Assembly: GCA_964463635.1 (NCBI GenBank)
Contig: CAYXCB010000001.1
Span: 7,526-71,525, forward strand
Reading direction: 5' to 3'
From: an uncultured Candidatus Saccharibacteria bacterium
GTDB taxonomy: Bacteria > Patescibacteriota > Saccharimonadia > Saccharimonadales > CAZARM01
DNA length: 64,000 bases
In this document: one piece after another, positions 57,645 through 64,000 of the stretch
How the letters are laid out: each line of letters opens with the position of its first letter
How positions within the stretch are numbered: the first letter of the stretch is position 1
Position numbers and translations under genes: made by a program
The notes under the pieces: model-generated
What the model was told of the DNA's origin: nothing
Database searches by the model: none
The model's input: the letters and a program-made list of their open reading frames with translations, nothing else

Positions 57645-58582
57645 TTATTCACTCTCGTTGGAAATTCGTTTTTTGTTGCGCTAACCATATTATCTGTCCA
57701 TAGGACTACCGAGTTGTGCATAGATTCATAGGTAGTCCACGCATAAGCAGGAGCAGCCCAGACATTACCATTAAACTTCGTAAACTCGTTGGGTTTTCCC
57801 TCAAAGCCGTAGCCAAATAAATCTTCCTTAGCCACCATACCAAGCACCTGTTCTTGGTTAAACAAACCGTGTGCAATATCTACTAAGATAGCCGACTTCT
57901 TCATTGATTTAATGTGTTCTTCTGTAATCAACGCCAGCGTTTCAGGATTTTTAGCTGCTGTCGGAAAGATGACATCTGCCGTTTCTAGTAATTGCTCAAG
58001 TGATACTTCTTCGTAAGCGTCATTCGTTGAAGACCTTGACCAGTAAACTACATTCATATCAAGCCCCTTACAGGCTTCGGCAATCGCACTACCGATATGC
58101 CCTAAACCGATAATTCCAGCCGTCTTGCCCTTGAGCTGTACGCCACGATACTTCATAAAATCTTTGTCAAAATCCAGCGGGTAGTTATCTTTAATTAGTC
58201 TAGGAGTTTGCCGAGCTAAGTTAAACATCATCATAACCGCCCACTCTGCAACGGCTTGCGTAGAGAAGTTTACGATTTGGCAGATTGGTATATTACGCTC
58301 GTTAGCAACATCTTGCTCAACCCATTCAAAGCCGGTAGAAGCTATTAGAATGCCTTTGAGATTTGGAATATCTTTGTAGTCTGCGCTGCTTAGTTTCCAG
58401 CTAACATAATCGGGATTCAAGCACAGCAACCGTTCTTCGTCACCTTCAAATAATGCTTTGCAGTCGCTAATCGGTTCAATCTCTTTTGTAATTACCAATT
58501 CAAGTCCACTGTCTTTCAACTTACTTAAAAGCTCGTCGGTGATTAGTTCGTCCCAAAGCGGGTCAAATATAAATGCTTTCAT
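57641..58582 (-). CDS. D-isomer 2-hydroxyacid dehydrogenase family protein
   Basis: STQAVAEW, GKTAGIIGLGHIG and MKKSAILVD motifs. Confidence 0.88.
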   Translation of the reverse strand: MKAFIFDPLWDELITDELLSKLKDSGLELVITKEIEPISDCKALFEGDEERLLCLNPDYVSWKLSSADYKDIPNLKGILIASTGFEWVEQDVANERNIPICQIVNFSTQAVAEWAVMMMFNLARQTPRLIKDNYPLDFDKDFMKYRGVQLKGKTAGIIGLGHIGSAIAEACKGLDMNVVYWSRSSTNDAYEEVSLEQLLETADVIFPTAAKNPETLALITEEHIKSMKKSAILVDIAHGLFNQEQVLGMVAKEDLFGYGFEGKPNEFTKFNGNVWAAPAYAWTTYESMHNSVVLWTDNMVSATKNEFPTRVNK

Positions 58583-58768
58583 ACCGTAACTATACAACAT
58601 TTACCTCTTAAAATCTGTCTTTTTAGTGGACACTTTTCTTAAAATTACTTTGCGAACACCAGTATTTACTAAGGGGTCGCACAAACACCGCTCAGAGAGG
58701 CTGAGAATGGCTTAAAACCTGTATTCAGGCTCGCATTGACTACTGTTTCTTATTAGACTGCCGACAAT

Positions 58769-58987
58769 ATGTCAAACAACCTAGAACAAGCAGTCAAAAA
58801 CCGAAAAGAAATGGCAGAAATCAAACGTAAATTGCTGACTGGCGAGATTAGCCGAGACGAAGCAAAACGACTAGCACAACCAATAATTAATTTAGCAAAT
58901 AAGCATTGTGTGGAAATAGCAAAGAAACACGGCAAGAAACCATATAAGTTAAACTTCACTAGTTTAATGAGAGATAGTTACGGATGA
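58769..58987 (+). CDS. small basic hypothetical protein
   Basis: 72 aa ORF with ATGA overlap to the next ORF. Confidence 0.6.
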   Translation: MSNNLEQAVKNRKEMAEIKRKLLTGEISRDEAKRLAQPIINLANKHCVEIAKKHGKKPYKLNFTSLMRDSYG

Positions 58988-59130
58988 AGAAACAAAAAAC
59001 TGAATCGTGGCGAAGATTTGTATTGAATTATGACGACGCAAAAATTACCTTTCCTGACGGTACAGTCAAGCTACCGAAAGGACTAACAGAAAAGTCCAAA
59101 AGGCTCGCAATAAAGCGAAAAAAGCACTAG
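58984..59130 (+). CDS. 48-aa basic hypothetical protein
   Basis: MKKQKTESWRRFVLNYDDAKITFPDGTVKLPKG...; ATGA coupling. Confidence 0.45.
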   Translation: MKKQKTESWRRFVLNYDDAKITFPDGTVKLPKGLTEKSKRLAIKRKKH

Positions 59131-59205
59131 TTTTTATTATCAATAAAAATTAAAAGAACAGCGACGAACAGTGGGCTTTTTAGCTTTTTGCGTATAATTA
59201 CGTTT

Positions 59206-60042
59206 ATGACTGGCCGAGAAAAAATACTTATTACAATAAACCTGATTGACCACTATTATCAGCAATCGTTATCAGGCAATACAGTTAAGTTTGATTCCAA
59301 TGATTTAGACAATGCCGGTATCCGACTTGAAGAGCAAAACAACATTTTAGACGCCCTCAAAGAAGACTACGAATGCATTGAGTACTCATACACAAAGCCT
59401 TATTCAGATTTAACAGATGATGACAATCTTCCTAGTACTCTCGTTCAGCACTTACATATGAAATCAGGTGCAGTAGACGTAAAATATTACTATCTAGATT
59501 ATAAAATAAGGTCGCAGAAAGATTTCATCATTACTATTCTTGATAAGTTTGATGAGGTTAAGAATAAAGCAAAAGCAGACGACTTAGAAAAATATCAGTA
59601 TCATACAACTGCGCTGTCAGATAAACCACTTGGTACACCTATAGTGGATAAAAATTCCTCAGAAATTATATATGTGGCCTTTAGGAATAATGTTCTCATT
59701 ATTGGTCTTAGGCCTGGTATGTCCGTTCCCTTAGGTAAGCCACTTAGATACGACAGTCCACCTTACAACTTTATGCAATATATCCTCAAGAACCCGAACA
59801 GACCCATAAGCGTACACGAGATACAAGAAAAGGTTGAAGGCTGCAAAACAAAAACCGACCTGAGTGAACTTGTTAGAAATTGCCATTTTAACAAAGAGTT
59901 AAAGAGAATATTCTTTGAAAGAACAACACAAAAGACTATACGCTTTACTCCTTGGAGAGAGTTAAATGGCGAGCAACTGGAATGGTTCATTAACTGGATA
60001 GAAACCACCCGTGAGCAAATCGCAACAAACCGTGAAGAATAA
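59206..60042 (+). CDS. hypothetical protein, possible C-terminal winged helix
   Basis: AT-rich ORF of about 280 aa; FMQYILKNPNRPISVHEI. Confidence 0.7.
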   Translation: MTGREKILITINLIDHYYQQSLSGNTVKFDSNDLDNAGIRLEEQNNILDALKEDYECIEYSYTKPYSDLTDDDNLPSTLVQHLHMKSGAVDVKYYYLDYKIRSQKDFIITILDKFDEVKNKAKADDLEKYQYHTTALSDKPLGTPIVDKNSSEIIYVAFRNNVLIIGLRPGMSVPLGKPLRYDSPPYNFMQYILKNPNRPISVHEIQEKVEGCKTKTDLSELVRNCHFNKELKRIFFERTTQKTIRFTPWRELNGEQLEWFINWIETTREQIATNREE

Positions 60043-60127
60043 CCATTCATAGAAGTTAGAATCAGTAATAATCGTGTAATTAAGGAGCTTTATAACAGCT
60101 CCTTTTTTCTTATCTATAGTCTCTCGT

Positions 60128-60265
60128 ATGTCAAACGAGAACAAAGCCAAATCAATAAAGAAAGGAGACGTAGAAGAAGCGTTTGAAACGCTGGCACAGT
60201 TCCTGTTTGAGCAATACAAGAAAAAGAAGCAAGCAGAAGAATACGAAGACGAGCAAGATATATAA
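60128..60265 (+). CDS. 45-aa helical protein
   Basis: MSNENKAKSIKKGDVEEAFETLAQFLFEQYKKKK... Confidence 0.5.
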   Translation: MSNENKAKSIKKGDVEEAFETLAQFLFEQYKKKKQAEEYEDEQDI

Positions 60266-60322
60266 ACTTGCAGGTCTTAATTAAACATTACTTAATATAG
60301 AATGCTCAAGGAGGGCAAAACT

Positions 60323-60469
60323 ATGAAAAAGAAGACAGATTGGCGTCCGTACTATTTATTCAAATACACGGCGGAAAAAAGAGTTTGTTATCTGTATTAC
60401 AGAAACATACGAACAAAAGAAGTTAAGAAAATTGGAAAGATAGAGGTACAAAAAGATGTTAAGAACTAA
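60323..60469 (+). CDS. 48-aa basic protein overlapping the recombinase start
   Basis: SD AAGGAGG; MKKKTDWRPYYLFKY... Confidence 0.45.
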   Translation: MKKKTDWRPYYLFKYTAEKRVCYLYYRNIRTKEVKKIGKIEVQKDVKN

Positions 60470-62093
60470 AGCAATCGCACTATGTCGTGTATCAACTAAG
60501 GGTCAAATGCTAGACGGCAACCTTGAACCACAAAAGGAGAATGTAGAGAAAGCAGCTAATATTTTAGATACAGACCTAGTAAAAGTCTGGGCATTAGCCG
60601 TATCTAGTCGTAAGGGTAAAAACGTAAAGCGTAAAGATTTGCACGAAATGCGTGACTACTGCAAAAGATTCAAATCAGTTAAGTACCTAATAATAGACGA
60701 GCCAGACAGATTTATGCGCTCAATAAAAGAGTATTACTGGTGGAAAGTGGAATTTGAGCTTGTTGGTGTACAGATACGCTTTTCAAACAATCCAACTGCT
60801 GACCCCGAAGATGATAGGGTTGTATTTGATGAGCTGATAGATGTCTATCGTGCTGAGCAAAGTAACAATGAACGAATTAAGAAAACTCCAGGTAAAATGA
60901 TGGCAAAGATTCGGGCTGGCTACTATCCAAGTAATCCGCACACTGGCTATAAGAAGTCTGATATACCAGGTTTGCACGAACCAGATGAGCCAAACTGGTC
61001 AGCTATGCGAAGTACGTTCAAGGAAATGGTATCTGGTGAACTAACAGTTAGCGAGGGTCTTAAAGAAGTCACCAAACGTGGACTACGCACTAAGAACTAT
61101 GGACCGAAAGCTGTAGGTGGCAAAACAATTGATATGTTCCGCTGGAAAGCCCTTATGTGCGACCCGTACTATTACGGATTCCTTAAACTTGGCGATTGGT
61201 CAGAGGAAAATGCGAACGGTTTACATAAGACAATGATTACAAAGGAGGAACACGAAATACTTGTAGCGTTGGCAAAGAATAAGGGTAAACGATTTATAGT
61301 GAACCGAAACAATCCTGAATTCCCGTTCTCAAATGAGGCGGAATGTACGAGGTGTGTATTTTCTGATAATCCTTACCCTAGGTTAGTTGGCTACTGGCAA
61401 AATAATGGAGCAAAGAAAAACAGACTTAGGTATAGGCGTTACAGATGCAGAGACTGCAATCTTGGAGTGAGGCAAGAGGCACTCCACGAAGGCATAACGG
61501 AGGAGCTATCACAGCTCCTCTTGTCTTTAGAACAGAAAGAAAAGCTAAAGGAACACGCCCGAAAGATATGGCGGTCATACGAAAAAGTAAGGATTGAACA
61601 GGCTAGAATAGCCTTAGGACGACTTACAATACTGAAAGAAAAGAAGAACAAGTTCATTGAGAGCTTAGTAGCCAACCCAAACCTTGCAGAAGACATTCAA
61701 GAATCAATTGAACAGATTAAAAGTGATATTGTTGTAGCCGAACAGGAAGCGTCAGAAGCTCAAGACTTTGAAAAGGACTTCATAGAGTTTATAGGCTTTG
61801 CTTTTGACTTTATGGACAACTTAAAGGGTAAATGGTGGGAGTTAGACAAGGACACTATGAAAATATGTAAACAAGTGTTATTTCCGTGCGGAATCCAGCT
61901 ACTCCCAAATAAAAAAGTTTATATACCTAAAATTAGCCTAGTTTACGGGGGTGATGATAACAAAAAAGCCCCCGAAGGGGCTGATTTTACTAGACTGGAG
62001 GGCCCAGTGGGACTCGAACCCACGACACTCTGCTTAAGAGGCAGATGCTCTAACCAACTGAGCTATGGGCCCATATTCCAATTGTACATGTAG
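60456..62093 (+). CDS. large serine recombinase
   Basis: CRVSTKGQ (catalytic Ser), DRFMR, recombinase domain, CxxC...YRCRDC zinc ribbon and coiled coil; 3' end runs antisense through tRNA-Lys. Confidence 0.92.
   Translation: MLRTKAIALCRVSTKGQMLDGNLEPQKENVEKAANILDTDLVKVWALAVSSRKGKNVKRKDLHEMRDYCKRFKSVKYLIIDEPDRFMRSIKEYYWWKVEFELVGVQIRFSNNPTADPEDDRVVFDELIDVYRAEQSNNERIKKTPGKMMAKIRAGYYPSNPHTGYKKSDIPGLHEPDEPNWSAMRSTFKEMVSGELTVSEGLKEVTKRGLRTKNYGPKAVGGKTIDMFRWKALMCDPYYYGFLKLGDWSEENANGLHKTMITKEEHEILVALAKNKGKRFIVNRNNPEFPFSNEAECTRCVFSDNPYPRLVGYWQNNGAKKNRLRYRRYRCRDCNLGVRQEALHEGITEELSQLLLSLEQKEKLKEHARKIWRSYEKVRIEQARIALGRLTILKEKKNKFIESLVANPNLAEDIQESIEQIKSDIVVAEQEASEAQDFEKDFIEFIGFAFDFMDNLKGKWWELDKDTMKICKQVLFPCGIQLLPNKKVYIPKISLVYGGDDNKKAPEGADFTRLEGPVGLEPTTLCLRGRCSNQLSYGPIFQLYM
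61996..62072 (-). tRNA. tRNA-Lys(CTT)
   Basis: GGGCCCA/TGGGCCC acceptor stem, tctgc-ctCTTaa-gcaga anticodon arm, GGTTCGAGTCC and CCA. Confidence 0.95.
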
Positions 62094-62202
62094 GGTTCAA
62101 ATCCTGGGAACCCCGACCCAAAGATAATTTTCTGCTGAAAATTTCTTTCGGCATGCCTCACGCCGTCGCGTTCCGGCCTTGCAAAAGTCCACAGGACTTT
62201 CT

Positions 62203-62249
62203 CACCCTGCTTAAGAGGCAGGTGCTCTAACCAGCTGAGCTACTGGCCC
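62203..62249 (-). pseudogene. 5' two-thirds of a second tRNA-Lys(CTT)
   Basis: GGGCCAGTAGCTCAGCTGGTTAGAGCACCTGCCTCTTAAGCAGGGTG followed by unrelated hairpins instead of a T arm. Confidence 0.8.
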
Positions 62250-62461
62250 TCGTCGGAACCGACGGTCGGCTTCCAGAAAACAAATGTATTTGTTTTCCTT
62301 CCATCCTCTAGTCGCTTCCTCTTCTCAATTTTGTAAACAGCTTCGCTTGGTTTACAAAATTGGTGAGCTGCGGGTAAATGCAACGGGGGGAACTTTAGCA
62401 GATTACCCCTGTAAATGCAACCTAGGTTAGTGTATCCTAGTAATAGTAACGAGGACTCATT

Positions 62462-62581
62462 ATGAACCCCGATCAGCCCGATCCAGATATGCCGCCAGTA
62501 CCGCCGCCGGCTTCACCCGACCCAGCTCCGGATCAAGATCCGGTTGCGCCCGTTCCGCCTCCTGTTACCAATAAGTTATAG
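62462..62581 (+). CDS. 39-aa Pro/Asp-rich peptide
   Basis: GAGGA upstream; MNPDQPDPDMPPVPPPASPDPAPDQDPVAPVPPPVTNKL. Confidence 0.4.
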   Translation: MNPDQPDPDMPPVPPPASPDPAPDQDPVAPVPPPVTNKL

Positions 62582-62636
62582 ATTTATTAATTAAAGTCGT
62601 ATAATTCCTACATAATCAACAATTAAGGAGTTCTAT

Positions 62637-63101
62637 ATGCTCAATCTTTTAGCGCAAGTCAATAATGTTACAGTCGATGGCGACAGCGGTGCTTTAGCAG
62701 CTGTCTTCGGCGGAACCTTCATGCTGGTGTGGCTGGCAGTAGTCGTAGTTAGCATCATTGGTATGTGGAAGGTGTTTGAAAAAGCCGGTAAACCGGGCTG
62801 GGTATCAATTATACCTGTTTACAACTACTGGGTTTTGGCGGAAATTGCTGGCAAACCAGGCTGGTGGGCACTAGTTTTTCTGCTTGCCTGGATTCCGGTG
62901 CTTGGACCGATTGCCGCCCTGGTAGTTGCTGTCCTGATCTCAATTGAGCTGGCTAAAGCCTTTGGTAAAGACCCTGCATATGCGGCACTTTTGGTACTAG
63001 TGCCATTTGTGGGCTTCCCAATGCTCGGTTTTGGCGACGCAAAGTACACTGCCCCGACAGCAACGGCTGCGCCCACACCACCAGCAACCCCTGCGGCCTA
63101 A
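62637..63101 (+). CDS. DUF5684-like membrane protein
   Basis: MWKVFEKAGKPGW.SIIPVYN...LAKAFGK...LGFG.A.Y; SD AAGGAG. Confidence 0.85.
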   Translation: MLNLLAQVNNVTVDGDSGALAAVFGGTFMLVWLAVVVVSIIGMWKVFEKAGKPGWVSIIPVYNYWVLAEIAGKPGWWALVFLLAWIPVLGPIAALVVAVLISIELAKAFGKDPAYAALLVLVPFVGFPMLGFGDAKYTAPTATAAPTPPATPAA

Positions 63102-63135
63102 AAAGCTACTTAGTAGTTACAGAAAAAAGCGGACT

Positions 63136-63609
63136 CTACCGCTTTTTTCTTTTGTAGACCGCAAAACGAAACGTAATGCCGTTTTCCGTCATGGGTTCAG
63201 AAATCTCTACTTGTTCAAAGTCAGTTTCAAAATCCGGAAAAAACTTGGTGCACTGAAAATCACCCTCAACATGCGTTAAGTACAATTCATCAGCCAGGTC
63301 TAATGTGCTGGCGAATAGCCCGGCTCCGCCACCAACCCAGATGTCTTCTTTAAGGTTTTTTAAAAACTCTCTTGCGTCACCTGTTTTTTCAAATCCTGGC
63401 CTTAGCGGCTCAGTGCTACTAGTTGCTACTATGTTGCGTCGATTTGGCAATGGCAGCTGCTGTTCTTTGTACCAGCCAGCACCCATCATGACAATGCCGC
63501 CGGTTGTCATGTCGCGAAAGTAATGTTTGTCAGTCGGTAGGTCCCAGGGAATGCCGTGGTCGTCGGCTATACCCTTTTTGCTATCTATCGCGGCTATAAA
63601 TTTGATCAT
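63136..63609 (-). CDS. folA: dihydrofolate reductase
   Basis: IAA, IPWDLPTD..YFR, PLPNRRN, VGGG, LYLT and FFP motifs. Confidence 0.93.
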   Translation of the reverse strand: MIKFIAAIDSKKGIADDHGIPWDLPTDKHYFRDMTTGGIVMMGAGWYKEQQLPLPNRRNIVATSSTEPLRPGFEKTGDAREFLKNLKEDIWVGGGAGLFASTLDLADELYLTHVEGDFQCTKFFPDFETDFEQVEISEPMTENGITFRFAVYKRKKR

Positions 63610-63612
63610 GTT

Positions 63613-64000
63613 TTATCTTTTTATACTTGGTCGGATGTGGTTTAGCAAGAAAAAAGACCCAGCCACTACTAAAAGTTTCTCCGGGCGCTTGAGCAGTACC
63701 CGAAAAGCGGCTTCCGGCTCAGCAATTACTTCCCAATCATCAAAACCTGTCATATGAATTTTCTCAGCAACTTGCTTAGGGTTAACCGAAAATTTTGGCG
63801 TGTCTTGTTCGCCGTAGAAAGACGTAATGACTATGTGGTCAGCGAACTTTACTACTGTTTCAACGGTTGATTGTGTCCGGCGTCCGCCAGTCTTAACGAT
63901 ACTGAACAGCAGGGCGATTTTGTCATCTGGATAGCGCTGTTTGATGCTCTTAAACAAGGCTTGGAGTTTCTGGGCGTTATGGGCACCGTCCATGATTAGG
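63613..64000 (-). CDS. folC: FolC (folylpolyglutamate synthase), C-terminal part
   Basis: IMDGAHN and VVAGSFFL motifs; upstream of folA; truncated by the window edge. Confidence 0.82.
   Translation of the reverse strand, partial: LIMDGAHNAQKLQALFKSIKQRYPDDKIALLFSIVKTGGRRTQSTVETVVKFADHIVITSFYGEQDTPKFSVNPKQVAEKIHMTGFDDWEVIAEPEAAFRVLLKRPEKLLVVAGSFFLLNHIRPSIKR

Larger units (their letters stand above)
52400..62014. mobile_element. serine-recombinase integrative element at tRNA-Lys
   Basis: Direct repeat TGGAGGGCC-n4-GGGACT at 52400 and 61996 (tRNA 3' end); recombinase at the right end; AT-richer interior with HTH/IrrE regulators. Confidence 0.85.

Noticed and set aside
52400-62093. Prophage or conjugative element interpretation
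   Set aside because: No structural, terminase, relaxase or T4SS genes are visible, so it is called only an integrative island.
62092-62108. Plus-strand GGTTCAAATCC T-loop-like motif
   Set aside because: No acceptor, D or anticodon arms surround it, so it is not a tRNA.
1-64000. CRISPR array, cas genes, rRNA, IS transposase
   Set aside because: No regularly spaced direct repeats or recognisable motifs were found by eye.

Overview
Bacterial chromosomal window that most likely comes from a Candidate Phyla Radiation genome (Saccharibacteria-like). This is an inference from the dense, often SD-less gene packing, the short MetG, the G5/DUF348 protein, DUF11/LPXTG surface proteins and typical small hypothetical proteins. 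The housekeeping backbone includes iscS-like, tatD, metG, mgtE, a DEAD-box helicase, tmRNA, rsmA, pcrA/uvrD, tpiA-pgk-pyk, murD, murI, folD, folA, folC, tRNA-Glu and tRNA-Lys. It is interrupted by pyrF-pyrE and purN-purL-purQ cassettes and by an accessory enzyme cluster containing a catalytically eroded ArgRS paralog. A ~9.6 kb serine-recombinase island sits at tRNA-Lys. It carries an HTH/IrrE pair divergent from a DUF2188-TIR-4TM operon, a candidate new Thoeris-like defence system. The non-coding DNA is unusually rich. There are at least two dispersed palindromic repeat families, and one copy is inserted in frame in murD (168 nt, 56 codons). There is also a ~675 nt highly base-paired element, several promoter-to-terminator small RNA candidates (one with a pseudoknot/anti-SD switch, one in front of an NYN RNase), and a 20-bp operator shared by marR and a distant metallopeptidase gene. 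All calls were made by eye from motifs; no database searches were run.
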